Below are positions 40,130 to 53,379 of a DNA stretch of 64,000 bases, in pieces. Numbering within the stretch: the first letter of the stretch is position 1; each line of letters opens with the position of its first letter. The notes below the pieces were generated by a model. The model was not told the origin of the DNA and searched no databases. It saw nothing but the letters and a program-made list of their open reading frames with translations. The position numbers and the translations under genes are program-made. Origin of the DNA: Chiloscyllium plagiosum (Eukaryota); the NCBI RefSeq assembly GCF_004010195.1, contig NC_057731.1, positions 9,840,273 to 9,904,272 on the forward strand, given 5' to 3'.

Positions 40130-43100
40130 GGGGAAGGTGATGGCTGAGTCGTCTCGTCACTGGACGAGTAATATTCGGGAGAACCTGGTTCAAATCCCAC
40201 TATGGTAAATAGTGAAATTCAAATTCAATTTTTTAAAAATCTCAAACTAAAATTGGAGTGATGACCATGAAATCATTGACAATGGTTGGAAAAACCCATT
40301 TGGTTCTCTAGTGTCTTTTAGGGAAGGAAACTAACACTATTACCTTGTCTAACCTCCATGGGAATCCAGACCCAAAGCAATGGGGTTGGCATTAATTGCA
40401 ATGGCAAGCCACACAGTTGTATCAATGTCTGGAAAGGAAAATAAAGCAATTAAACTAGACAAACCACCTAGCAGCTACTAAGGCACCGGACATGATGACT
40501 GCAAACACAGCCCTGTTGACCCTTTAAAATTCGCATTGTCAAAATTGGGAGAACTGTTTCACAGACTAATCAAGGAACAGCCTGAAATAGTCACACTTAC
40601 AAAATCAGATGTTGCATACAATGTCCCAGATAAGACCATCACCATCTCTGGATATGCCCTGCTACAAAACCAGGACAGGCCCAGCACTGGTGGTATGCAG
40701 ACAAGAGGGTGTTGTCCTGGGAGTCCTTAACTTGACCTTGGACCCCATGAAATCTCATAGCACAGGTCAAATATGGGCAAGGAAACCTCCTGCTGATTAC
40801 CACTTTGTTCCCTTCTCCCTTCCACTCCCACCACTACAATCGTAGCCCTTCAATGGATGAGTTAGTACTCCACTGTGTTGAACAGAACTTAGAGAAAGAA
40901 GTGAGGGTGGCAAGGGCACAGAAAATACTTTGGGTAGGGGACTTCAAAGTCCACCACCAGAAGGAGCTGGGCAGCACCACCAATGACTGAGCTGATCAAG
41001 TTTTAAAGGACATAGTTGTTATAATGAGTTTGCAACAGTTAGTGAGGAATCAACAAGAGGGAACTACATATTTGACCACATCCTCACTGACCTGTGATGC
41101 ATCTGTTGATGCAAGTAAGAGTGACCACTGCACAGTCCTTGTGGAGGAAAAGTCCTGTCATCCTGTTGAGACGACTCTCCATTAAGATACGTGGCACTAT
41201 CACTATACTAAATAGGAAGACTTTTGAACAAATCTGACAACTCAAGACTGGGCATCCATTAGGTGTTGTTAGCCATTAGCTACAATCAAATTGTACTTCA
41301 GCACAATCTACACCTTATGGTCCAGTGTATCCCCCATTCTACAATTACCATCAATTTAAGTGATGAACTTAGTTCAATAATGAGTGCAGGACAGCATGCC
41401 AGGAGCAGTACCAGATATAGCTAAAAATGAGGTGCCATCTTGAAGAGAAACAGGACTATTTGCATGCCAAACAGCATACGCAGCATGTGATAGATAGCCA
41501 AGTACAGGAGATTTGTTATAACCCAAGCAGCCATTTTGTCACATATTAAAAGCCTGGAATCCATTTTAGTTTTCATATTAGTGTCTGTTTGTATGTTCCC
41601 AGGCTCAGCGAGATGGCTGACCTTGTAGCTGTACTAGCACCTGATAGTGAACTCTTTCCCAGCATGGGAATGTTCTTCTTTTACAAGGATCTACTATTAT
41701 GCTAACATTGCTCATCACATACTAACCAGCACTGACCAGACAGCTACATGACTGGGGATAGTAACTGGGTTGATTGTCCACTTACTCATTATGTTTCAAT
41801 TAATAGTTTGTTAATTGTTAAATGATTGTAACCTATATAACCACGCAACTCGCTGTATCTCGTCGGAGTGACTTGTGACTATCGTGGTCAACTTGCCTCT
41901 CCTCGTGAACTCACGAAATAAACAGTCAATAACTCAAGGTTTGTGTGGCGTGAGTCATTCTCTTTAATTCAGATCGGTACGAGCGAGTCTTAGGCTGAAT
42001 ATTTTCGTCCCAATCCCCCACACTAAGTAATACCATAACCAATGAATCAGATTTAAACTCCACAGTCTTGCCATATCTCATTGTGAATGCTGGTGGACAA
42101 TGAAACTCACTGCAAGAGAAGGTTCCACAAACATCCCAATTCTCAATAATGAGGTAAGCCAACAAAAAATATAGCTGAAGCATTGGCAACAATCTTCGAC
42201 CAAAAGTGAATGGTCCAACTCAGTTTCTTCCAGCAATCCTCAACATCAAAAATGCAAGTCTTCAGCCAATTTTTTTCCCTCCACTTGATATCAAGAATCC
42301 GCTGGAGACACTGAATACAGCAAAGGTTATGGACTCTGATAAGATTCCAGTAATATCACTAAGACTTATGGTCCAGAATGCTACACCCTGAGCCAAGCTG
42401 TTCCAATACAGGCGTCTACCCAACTAGGTGGAAATTTGCTCAGGTATGTCCTGTAGATAAAATGCAATCTGGCCACTTCATGCCCCAAACGTCTACTCTC
42501 AATCCTCAGTAAAGTGATGGACGATATCAACAACGGTACTATCAAGCCTGCTTACGACCTGCTCATCAATAACCTGCTCATTTTGAGCTCTACTCAGCTC
42601 CTGAGCTCATTACAGCCTTGGTTCAGATATGGACAAAACAGATGAATTCCAGAGGTGAGGCAAGAGTGACATCAAGGCTGCATTTAACCAAGTGTGGCAT
42701 TAAGGAGCTCGAGCAATGTGAATCTGAGGAAAGGCTCTCCACTTGTTGGACTCATTCCTGGCCTAAAGGAAGATTGTTGTAGTGGTTGGAGATCAATTAT
42801 CTCAGCCACAGGACATCTCTGAAGGAATTACTCAGGGAGTGTCCTAGGCCCAACCATCTTGCTTCATCAATGACCTTCCCTCCATCATAAAGTCAGAAGT
42901 GGGGATAATTGCTGATTATTGTATAATACAGGTACTAAAGCAGTCCATGCCAAAATGCAACAAAATATGGATAACATCCAGGCTTGGGATGATAGTTGGC
43001 ATATTACATGTGTGCCACACAAGCTCCAGAAATGACATGTTCCCACAAAAGTGAATCAAACCATCATCTTTTGACATTCACCATCACTGAATGCTCCATT

Positions 43101-43215
43101 ATCAACATCCTGGGGATAAATATTGAACAGAAACTGAACTGGACTATTCAGTATAAGAGCAGGTCATAGGCTAAGAATCCTGCTGCAAGTAACTCACCCC
43201 CTGATTCCCCAAAAT
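40130..43215 (+). mobile_element. Near full-length decayed LINE (family 2): tRNA-like head, APE endonuclease, RT; split by a solo LTR
   Basis: B box GGTTCAAATCC 40187-40197; SKLGELFHRLIKEQPEIVTLTKS and ILWVGDFKVHH (APE motifs); cagggagtgtcctaggccca (QGSVLGP) near 42832. Confidence 0.85.
41503..42022 (+). mobile_element. Solo LTR (about 520 bp) inserted in the LINE
   Basis: LINE sequence resumes either side; imperfect 5-bp TSD ccaag (41498-41502) / ctaag (42023-42027); ends ...cccccaCA; TATATAA 41834-41840; AATAAA 41917-41922. The left end reads TA rather than TG. Confidence 0.7.
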
Positions 43216-43751
43216 AAAGATAAAGAGAAGTGAATTTTAAGGTTGCATTAAAAACAAAAAAAAAAACTCAAGCTTGTCACAACTAAAAACACTAACAAAG
43301 TTATGTTGTATTCACTTTCCTATATAGACCAAAAACTAGAAAATAAGTAAGGATCTTAGAAGAATTATGGTAATGAAGACATACGCTCAGAATTTTACAT
43401 AGATCATAACAAGAGGTGCTTGAAATTGCAAGAGTTAAAAAACAACTCCAAGGACAGAATCTTCACAAGGCCTGAACAACATGGGATTTGCTGAGTCATT
43501 TGAGTAAATATGGAGAAATCAGAAAAATTAGATAATTGACCTTGAGAGAAAAAGTCAGATTCTGCAATCAGGTTTTGGATAGTGAGATGAAAGTCTCTCC
43601 AGTAAATGGCAAGAGGCAATTGGATTAGGTTTAGATGCATTAGCATTTCATTAGTATCTAAAATGAAACAAGGAATTGCAGATGCTGGAGATCTGAAATA
43701 AACAACTAAACATTAAAACTCTGCAGGTCTGACAACATTTGTGGAGATGAA

Positions 43752-45082
43752 AACTTATTGAGTTCTTTGAGAAGGTGACCAAACAGGTGGCTGAGGTAAA
43801 AGCGGATGATATGGTGTCTATGGATTTCAGTAAAACATTTGATAAGATTCCCCAATGTAGGCTGTTGCACAAAATAAAGAGGCATGACAGTGCGTGGGGA
43901 TTGATGGGAAATGTTCATCCTGGAGTTCAGTTACTCGTGATATACCGCAAAGATCTGTTTTGGGTCCACTACTGTTTATCATTTTTATAAATAACGTAGA
44001 TGAGGGCAGAGGATGGGTTAGTAAATTTACGGATGACACTGAGGTCAGTGGAATTGTGGATAGTGCCGAAGGATGTTGTAGGCTACAGAGGGACAGAGAT
44101 AAGCGGCAGAGCTGGGCTGAGAGGTGGCAAATCGAGTTTAATGCGGACAAGTGATTCACTTTGGAAGGAGCAACAGGAATACAGAGTACTAGGCTAATGG
44201 TTAGATACTTGGAAGTATAGATGAGCAGTGAGATCTCGGTGTCCATGTACATAGATCCCTTAAAGTTGCCACTCAGGTTGACAGGGTTGTTAAGGAGTTG
44301 AAACTTTATTGCTGGAACAGCACAGCAGGTCAGGCAGCATCCAGGGAACAGGAGATTCGACGTTTCGGGCACAGGCCCTTTTTCCCTGGATGCTGCCTGA
44401 CCTGCTGTGCTGTTCCAGCAATAAAGTTTCAACTTTGATCTCCAGCATCTGCAGACCTCACTTTCTCCTCGAGGGTTGTTAAGGAGGCATATGGTATTTT
44501 AGCTTTCATTATTAGAGCAATTGGGTTTTGGAGGCACGAGGTCATGCTACAGCTGTACCAAACTCTGGTACGGTCACACTTGGAATATTGTGTAAAGTTC
44601 TGGTCACTGCATTATAGGAAGGATGTGGAAAGAGTTCAAAGGAGATTTACTCAGAAGTTGCCTGGTATAGGGGAAACTCTTGTGAGGAAAGTCCGAGGGA
44701 CTTCAGGCTGTTTTCGTTAGAGAGAAGAAGGTTGAGAGGTGACTTATTTGAGACACATAAGATAGTCTGAGGGTTAGATAGGGTGGACAGTGAGAGCTTT
44801 TTTCCTCGGATGGTGATGGTTAGCACGAGGGAACATTTTTTAAATTAAGGGGTGATAGATATAGAACAGATGTCAGAGGTAGTAGGAGTATGGAATACAC
44901 TGGCTGTGACAGTAGTAGATTCGCCAACTTTAAGGGCATTTAAATGGTCATTGGATAAACATTTAATGAAAATGGAATAGCGTAGGATAGAGAGGCTTCA
45001 GATTGGTTCCACAGGTCGGCGCATCCTTGAGGGCCGAAGGGCCTGCGCTGCACTGTAATGTTTTATGTTCTATGTTCTATGA
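43752..45082 (+). mobile_element. CR1 LINE (RT to tail), same family as 8861-10853
   Basis: MDFSKTFDKIP, SVLGPLLFIIFIN, KFTDDT peptides; (tatgttc)n tail. Confidence 0.93.
44298..44471. mobile_element. Very young Penelope-derived fold-back insertion in CR1, 15-bp TSD
   Basis: agggttgttaaggag at 44283-44297 and 44472-44486; perfect inverted arms of about 52 bp; minus-strand hammerhead truncated before CTGA. Confidence 0.92.
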
Positions 45083-46169
45083 AACAAAGTTAGTGTTTTA
45101 AGTTCTGTGATTCTTTTCAGAACTAGAAACAGCTAGGAAAAGGTAATATGTATACCAATGATTGAGGGAGAAGGCATGAGCAAATAGGTGCAGAGGGAGC
45201 CGAGAAAGAGAGAAAAAACAACTTGTCATGTGGGAACAAGCATCCAACTTGAGGATGAGTCCAGGATGCATCTTTGAATTCCTCACTCACTTTGCACCTA
45301 CTCAACACTGAATACACCTCTGCCTTGCATTACCCTTTTGCAATTTGCCTCCGCAGCCAGAGATTAAAGTCTTACAATCCTTCTGTTTTGCCTTGCCTTT
45401 CAGTGCAGGCACAACACCAGGAATGGTTGTCAAAAGTGATCCGTCAAGGAGCTGTTAGTGAATGGTACAGCATTACATCGCTGTTACACTTGAACCATGT
45501 GCCAGCAGCACAGGTGTCAAACCAATGACATATATGTTAACCAAATGCCATGCCTCAAAGTCTAAGGGGAGATGTTACCACAAATAACAGGAAAGGATTC
45601 ATCTGTGGATCATCACAAAGATGATCCAAGGTCTTATTGCCTGTCCAAGGGCATTTCCTTTCAGCATGAACTATAATTGTTCTTTGACAATGCCATTCTT
45701 GGGTATGTGAGTGGTGAGGGGGTTGGGAACATAACATATCAGAAATCATAAACATTTCCAGTCTTCCACTGTAATTGCCTGGTATGGCTTGTGTTGCGTT
45801 CAACAGAATAAGATCCCTATGTTAATGGTACATGCAGAGGCATTCATGGCCCACCTTATTAGAGTCTTCCACGTCCCACTCTTTTGAGGACTGTGTTCAA
45901 CCATCATTAGTGAGTGATGTGAATGCTGACTGATCAGATTTCTAGGGATCTATTCTATTTTGGATATTCCCCACACAGAGTTTGTTGGAACTGTGGCCAA
46001 TAGATCCATCACAGAAATAGTTATTATTGTTGTGGGGTAACAACGTGAAAGAAAATTGAGGAGAAAGTTGCATCAGCAAATCCAAGACCAGCAGCAACCT
46101 CCAGCAGCTGCCAAAGATCCTCCACATGAAGAGACTGTAGCTGAAGGTCCTCTCAGGTGTGGAGGTAGT

Positions 46170-47050
46170 ACAGGGGCACCGAATCTATTACCATAGATTT
46201 CATTTTCTCCAAATGAGTGAGGTACAGTATCACCACAAACTGAGGATGTCCTAGGGCACCATCAAAGAACGATGGCAACTGTTAGAGCAGGGCAGGCAAA
46301 CTGAAGGAGATGGTGCCCATCCTATCCTAGTGGTCAACAAGGTAACAGTCACACTGAACATTTACACAACTGACTGCTTTCAAGGATCCATTGGAGACCA
46401 GTGCTCGATCTCACAAATGTATCATGGCTGCTACCAAAGCAATTTGTATCCAATCACACACCCCTTCAATTCACTTCCCTGTGATGAAGTTAGTGCTACA
46501 GCAGGAGGCTTTTCATTATAGCTGACTTTGTTCAGGAGAAGGCCACTGCACACTTTATGCCACTGCACCATATTGAGAGTACCATATCATAATGCAGTTA
46601 ATTTCATCAACAGAACTGGCTTCCATTCGATGAGTGTACAAGTCAACTCTGATCACTAACACTACAACGTAGCCTGTGCTGTGCACCCAAGGAGTTCTCA
46701 TTATGTCTACATCATTGAGTGAGGCTGAAGATAGGTAGATTGCTGTCAATACTTTGGTCTGGTCCATTGTGGAGCACTTGATGGACCTCCTGAAGATTAG
46801 CTTCTCATACTTGGATTGGTCTGGAGGGACTCTGTAGTACAGAGACCAGCTTCTTGTGCTCCGCACAATTGGAGCAGGCAAACAGGAGATGCGATCAACT
46901 CTGAAAAGCTGGGAGAAAAGCGGCAGCCTCCCGAAGAGTGAGATGAGGTCATTGAGCAATGGAACATCATCTTCTGCAAACAGAATGCTACAGTGTTAGT
47001 CACAACTGGCCACCCAGGACTTAATTAACACAAATCCAATAGATTTGAGC
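46170..47050 (+). pseudogene. Decayed PIF/Harbinger DDE transposase (HARBI1-like) remnant
   Basis: KVTVTLNIYTTDCFQGSIGDQCSISQ, NFINRTGFHSMSVQVNSDH and VEHLMDLLKISFSYLDWSGGTL*Y match the Harbinger motifs GSFQ..GD..GISQ, NRKGFHSLNVQ, IE..IG.LK.RFRCLD.SGG.LQY in order. Confidence 0.85.
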
Positions 47051-47176
47051 TGGATGCATTGATCACTCATTGATTGTAAGCTTATTGTTGATTTACAGGC
47101 AAGTAGCCACTGTCTGTAGTTTTGCTTTTTTTACCACTTTTGTTGGAACAGAAATGCTTTCAGCCATTTGAAAGCT

Positions 47177-47295
47177 TAGGTTGCAAGTTTGCTCACTGAG
47201 CTGGTAAGTTTGTTCTCAGAGAACAAACCCACCAGCTCAGCAAGCAAACTTATAACCTGAACCTCAAGCTAAGCTACAAATCTTCTCAAAAATCA
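47177..47295. mobile_element. Short fold-back, probably a further Penelope-type terminal fragment
   Basis: ggttgcaagtttgctcactgagctggtaagtttgttc inverted against gaacaaacccaccagctcagcaagcaaacttataacc. Confidence 0.55.
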
Positions 47296-48769
47296 CATTT
47301 GAAGGCTTTCTAGTATTTGATGCTCCCACAATAAACAATGAGAAGATGTTGTGCTGTTCTGGCATTAAGAACTGTGTAGTACACCCTTAGGAAAGATGAG
47401 ATAAGACTAAGGACAAGCAACTTGTGTAGCTCAGTTCTCAAGACATTTTGAATGTGCAGTTGTATTTGCAATAAAGTGTCAGCCGCACTGCTTATGTGCC
47501 CTCAGACACATTTGTTCTTCATTCCCTTCCATCTATTTGCAATACAAAGGGCAAATCCTGGTAAAATTTAACCAGATACAAAGCTGGACTCTTAAAAATG
47601 TGCTGGCACAAGAAATCTAGGGTGGTCCCAAGCATGGTGACTAATCCAGCCATTGTGAGTTGACAATAGTCGTAGCAGGGTGCTATAGATGGATGGTGCA
47701 TTGATAACGAGGTAAGCTGAAGAGAGTAGCATGAGGAAACACACCAGATGAACCTTTTAGTCCTTCATATAGAGAAATCCTTCATGAAACTCACTAAAAT
47801 TTAGTCTAACATCTATGAATGTTTGTATTCTTGCCATTTGATCAGAACTGAAAAGCTACAGAATTCATCTGCGGAGGACAAAGTGAAGGGCAGCTGAAAG
47901 GGGTCGAGCTAGGTGTTTTTTTGTTGTTGAATGATGGACTTCACAGTGTAGTGCAAGTGAGATACAGTGGATGTGTGAAGTTGGCATTAGACTGAAGAGC
48001 ATGCCATACCATGACAGCATCTCTCCTGTAGGAACAGCAGCAGCTGTGACTCAGATAAGGGACCAATAGTATTTCATTTAATTCAGTTTCAGCTGCACTT
48101 TATTTGACTACTCTATGGTGTGCAGCTGCAATTTTCACTTTTTAAATATATTTCACACAAGTGTTCTCCATCGTAATCACATTCCATTCAATTTCTCCGT
48201 CGCGCAAAAGTACATAAAGAATAAATGTAACAGGCCTAATATAAATTTTATCTGCAATTCAAATACAAAACTGTGTTGCCTGAAACTGATGATTCTGACA
48301 GTAATCACACATAATTACAGATTGCAACAGAAGTCACAGAATAAAGTACAGTGAATAATCATACAGTTTGCAACTGAAGCCAAAAAATCAGTGGTATCAG
48401 GATCAAGTAATCAATAGCATTTTACACTCATTTGTATTTTTGGCTAATGTTGTGGACTGTCACTGGTTCCCATTACCATGGATGTCAGTGTGACTGACAA
48501 AGAAGTTTCAAAGCACTAACATACTAATAATTGTGTTTTGTTCAGTTTTGTGAATATTTACTCAAAACCAAAACCTGTGATATGATCTTTTTCTCTCGCA
48601 TGTGGGTGAGTTTTAAAACATTCCAGATATGAGTTAATCTTTTCATTCTATAAGGCTTCATTCTATTCTTTAGACTTGCCTCCATTTCATCTGTTGTGAC
48701 AAAGCCATCTTTCATTTTAGCACTTAAAATATGTTGTCCTTATGTAGCACTTAAAAACTGTACACCACA

Positions 48770-49900
48770 AATTCCTCTCCATTATGGTTTTCAGGGCCCT
48801 CAACCATGTCTATTCCATTTCTCACACTTCACTCCTTCCCACTCTCCTTCCATCCAAGAACCATGTGGTTCCCTTGTTTTTAGCTTCCATCCCAGATGTT
48901 TCATATTCAACAGATCATCCTTGGCCACCACAAAACACATTTTTCTTACTGTCCTTTTCCTTTCAAACTTTCAAAACAACTAGTCCCTCTGTGACATCCT
49001 AGTTTATTCTTCAATCATCCACAACACTCCTTGTAGTACAGGGGAGGAAACATGAACACTTTTACCTTTTCCTTACTACCATCTAGGACCTCAAACAATT
49101 CATCCAGGTGAAATGACAATTTACTGACTTCTACTTCCTTGTAACAAATTCTAGTTAGAAAATGATAATATGGCTCAAATACAGCCTACTTTATAATAAG
49201 AAGACTGAACATCGATTGGTAACTGTTTTCTGCAACATCTCAACTCAGTCTGCAATGGCCACCTATCATTGTAATACATTTCCTCACCGTCTCCCACTTC
49301 ATCTCATTTAAACTTCTCTTACCTTTGTTCTTCTACTACAGTCCAACATGACCTTAAGGAACAACACCTTGCAATTCAATTATACATTTTATAATCTTCC
49401 GGTCTCAACAATGAACTCAAAGATTCATAATCATTTTCCCCAGTCATTCACTTTGCAGTCATTGATTAGAATTCAACTATGTTTTATTACCATCCCCTTT
49501 TTCCTTGTTTCATTTTGTCATTTAGTCTTCTCCTGTATTCCACATGATCACAGATCCTCGCTTGTTTTTTTCAGCACTCCTTCCCTCTTTTACTGGTAGT
49601 CCAATTGCTTAAAAGGGGAGAAAGTGAGGTCTGCAGATGCTGGAGATCAGAGTCAAAAAATGTGTGCTGGAAAAACACAAGCAGCATCTGAGAAAATGGT
49701 CCTGATGAAGATGTTATGCTCGAAACATCGACTCTCCTGCTCCTCAGATGCTGCCTGACCGGCTGTGGTTTTCCAGTACCACATGTTTTGTCCCCTTGAT
49801 TTAAGTTATTGACACTTACCTTTCCCAATTTTGAGAAAAAGGTCAATAATAGATATCGTTTGACCTGCTGAGTATTTCCAGAGTTTTTGTTGTGCTAACC
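48770..49900 (+). mobile_element. Old Penelope-like element: decayed RT-linker/GIY-YIG region with a nested fold-back (about 49617-49795)
   Basis: VPLFLASIP (VPLVLTFHP-like), ccaggtgaaatgacaatttact (QVRQRFT-like), LLY..KT..RL...F.QHL remnant; nested cctgatgaag...cgaaacatcga. Confidence 0.65.
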
Positions 49901-51309
49901 TTTTCATTCTTACATTGAACTGCAAATCAGTTGGTGAGAACAAAAGACAGTCTGAAGGGAATTATTTCTAGCACCTGTACAATGATGCACAGTTTGACTA
50001 CCTTGAAAAAAATAAGCCCAGAGATAGCCAGACATTTTACCACTCTCATTCTAACATTGGAAATAAGGAGTAACATGGTTAGTTTCCTGCAAAAGCCTTT
50101 GAGCAGTTTATCACAAAAGAAAAATGCATTAGAGTTTTCCAAAAGACCAAAAATAACTACTATAAAGGGCTGTGCACTTGTTTTCCAAATGATACCTCGT
50201 ACAAATACAGCTGTAAATGGCATTTCTGATTTGTCTACACCTATATCGCTCTCTAGTTATAAGGACTAAGGTATTACATCCTCCAAAGTAATGTTACTTT
50301 ATATCAGAGGTGTTAGCAATATGAAAAAGAAGTCACCAAAAACAGTGCACACTGGGCATTCAAACAGCCACATATTTAACAACATTACAGGTTATATGTA
50401 TTTTCCTAATGTACAGCCCAACGTAAACGCAAGGAAGTCAAAAGTGGATAGCTTATCTTATTTCAGACCAATGTGATTTTTCATCCTAAAGCCATTCATA
50501 TAAGAAGTTTAAAATAGTTAGCAAACCTGAAGGAAAGATTATTGGAAAGCTAATAGGATCAAGATAACAATATTTTTATTTCTTCTCCAGCTTCTTCATT
50601 CTAAATAATGTGGTTATTTGGAGTCCAGACTCCAGCTGGAAGTCCAGATAAAGTCAGAGAGATCAAACAAAGAAACATAGTCACAAAAGAAGTAGCCTAA
50701 GAATTGGTAATCCCAATTTTAATGACATTATTTTCAAGTTTTCCCCTTAATTTGACACACTTAAATTTGCAGATTTTAGTGTGAGCCCGCTTTCTACCAC
50801 AAATAATCAGAATTTTCTACTTCAGTTGCTTATAATGGGTATAGACTCTGCACAGGGGATTTGCACGTCTTCTGCCCAAGATTTTCCAATTCTTATGTTT
50901 CAAAAATCCTTGTTATCCATCAGGGCTTTGATGTGGAAAATATCAACAAATATTGCTTCTGTGGAAGAGCTGTACATTAAATGTTGAATTATTCTCTTTT
51001 GAGAAATTTTACAATACCCTCAACAATACATTATTGTTTTTTTCACTTCCACATTAATGAATTAAACGTATTACAAATATAGGCTACTTAATTGAAAATG
51101 TAAAGCTTTCATAGCAATATTATTGGTGGAAATTATTTCTGGTAAGTAAACTTCACTTCCATTATGAGAGCATGAATGACTAATTAAGACAGGCATGTAA
51201 CATCTCAGTAATTTATTTACATTAAAGTGCTCAAAGCAATTCCCTCAATTTTACCATAGTGCTTGTGCAGTAGAAAACAGGTAAGGTGAGATCAGGCATG
51301 TAGACTTAC

Positions 51310-51480
51310 CGGCTCCGTAAGCTCAGGCAAACTGGCCTTGTATGTAAGAGGACGACAATCCCTCGTATTATTGACCAGTTCACATGGAAGGAATTTTGGG
51401 CCAAGATCATCTCCATCAAGTACATCAACTGTCAATGTTGTTGTGCTGGTCCTTCTATTATTTGGATTTGGAGCTCTATC
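51310..51480 (-). CDS. PCDH15: Protocadherin-15 coding exon (human exon 8 equivalent, end of EC2, EC2-3 linker, start of EC3), 171 nt
   Basis: ...aactcacag | [57 protein letters not shown] | gtaagt. PCDH15-specific DGDDLGP linker and the EC3 Cys-x8-Cys loop; phase 0/0. Confidence 0.97.
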
Positions 51481-52304
51481 CTGTGAGTTAAAGAAAAAAA
51501 CACCAGAACATATTTCACTGAGTTAACAACACTCATTACACCAGTCTATGCTGGTTACAATACACCACATAACACTGTCAAGCACATCTCTTCAATCCAA
51601 TGTTCCTTCTCCACCTACTAAAATTCTCTTTTATCGATATAGGCTTTTTTTATTTTTGATACAGCATTATTGCCGCTAATTATCAACCAGTAGAGCTGTA
51701 GCAAATGTTGAAATTGGATGATATAATCATTTATTTGTGTGAGAGTATATGCTGGTTAACTTCACCTGGCTACTGTGATTCATGTGTCTATAATTTTCTC
51801 TTTCTGATGAGTTAATTGTAATCTTTTTTTTACTTGCTTCCTACTGTGTTCTTGTCAGCTCACACAAAGAAAAATGACCAAAACTGAATCAATCAGATGC
51901 TACAATGTAAAATGAACCAAACAGAAATATATTTCTTACAGTTGTTATGACAGTTGCCACCCAACACAATCTAACACCATCTGCATTATACAATGTAATT
52001 ACGAAATAGCTACTTGTGCAGTGCAAATGTTTCTTTTATCTCTCTGAGCATCTGTAAGTTATATTCTTAAATAACACTTAACTTCTAATTGAAGGCCAAA
52101 ATTGACCTCCAACCTCAGTCAAAAATCTGGATAAGATCTACAATTTTCCTTGGTCTCCACATTGACCCAGAAAACTGAAAATCATTAAAAAATGTGATGG
52201 ACCTCTGAATGTGATTCTAAGCAAAACATTCATTTCTGACACAGTCAGAAATGAAGATGTATCCAGTCTTCAACATGTTGCCTCTAACTCATCCAATATT
52301 TAAT

Positions 52305-52630
52305 GGAACTTGGGAACGGGAGTAGACCATTCAGCCATCGAGCCTGTTCTGCCATTCAATAAGATTCTGGCTGATCTGCGGCCTATCTTCATCGATCTGT
52401 CTGAGGCCCATTACTCTTAATAAAAATAAATCTGCCTCAGATTTAAAACTAAGAAAAAAGATTTAACATTCCACTGCCATTTGTGGAAGAGTGTGTCAGA
52501 CATCTCCCACCCTTGGTGTGCAGATGTGCATCTTAACATCTCTCCTGAATAGTCTGGCCCTACTTCTCAGATTGCTCCCTCATCCTAGAATTCCTAGCCA
52601 GTGGAAATAATTTATCTATAACTACTTTGT
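52305..52630 (-). mobile_element. Old CR1 3' end
   Basis: ggagtagaccattcagccatcgagcctgttctgccattcaataag... is a typical reverse-complement CR1 3' UTR. Confidence 0.75.
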
Positions 52631-53379
52631 CATCCCCTGTTAATATCTTGGAATGCTCATCTCAATATTCAAAATTATCACATGACATTGCTGATCTTAT
52701 TAATTTTAATTCTGAGAGCAAACGAAATATGTTGCAATATAGAAGAAAGAAAATTATTTTAGTTTGATTATCAAGACAATGATCTATATAACAGTAGATC
52801 CTGGAGAACACATTGGTAGACAGGCTGATCCACTCTCAGCACCTACATCTAATAGACAGCAGGAGAAATGTTTGTTGGATTTTTAATTGCACGCCTAGAG
52901 ACAGCAATTACAGCATATATTTCTTTTGGACAATCCTGAGTGTGTGAAGAATTCTGCTGACAGCTGTTTGTCAGTCAGACTCTCAGTGTGGAACATTTCT
53001 GTGAACTTCACGATACGTATTATTAACATAGAGAGCTCTGTTCCTTGTATACAGAAGAACATGTACAACATTGGGCCAGATTCAAGTTAACAAAATAGGC
53101 AATGCCCATTTGCTGGTTCATTTCTCAGGACAATTCCCCAACTAATCAGAACAATCCTACATGTTTTAAAATAATGTTAAAGTAATAGCTAGTCACAACC
53201 AAATTACTAATTAAGTTAAGCAAAGCAGGATGAATCTTCCAAGCCGTCCATTGTCTTTTTGTATGAAACTTTCATGTTGAATCATGTACAAAAGAGGTTT
53301 GACTGACATTTAAAGAACCAGAAACCCAACTCTGAGAGTGACACACATCAAGGCAAACGCCTTAATGAGGTCTAAGAAA

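Larger units (their letters stand above)
1..51309 (-). other. PCDH15: Probable large PCDH15 intron (intron 8 equivalent), extending past the left edge
   Basis: GTAAGT donor at 51304-51309 (-). By eye I found no match to the next exon (about [35 protein letters not shown]) or later exons. A missed exon cannot be fully excluded. Confidence 0.7.
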
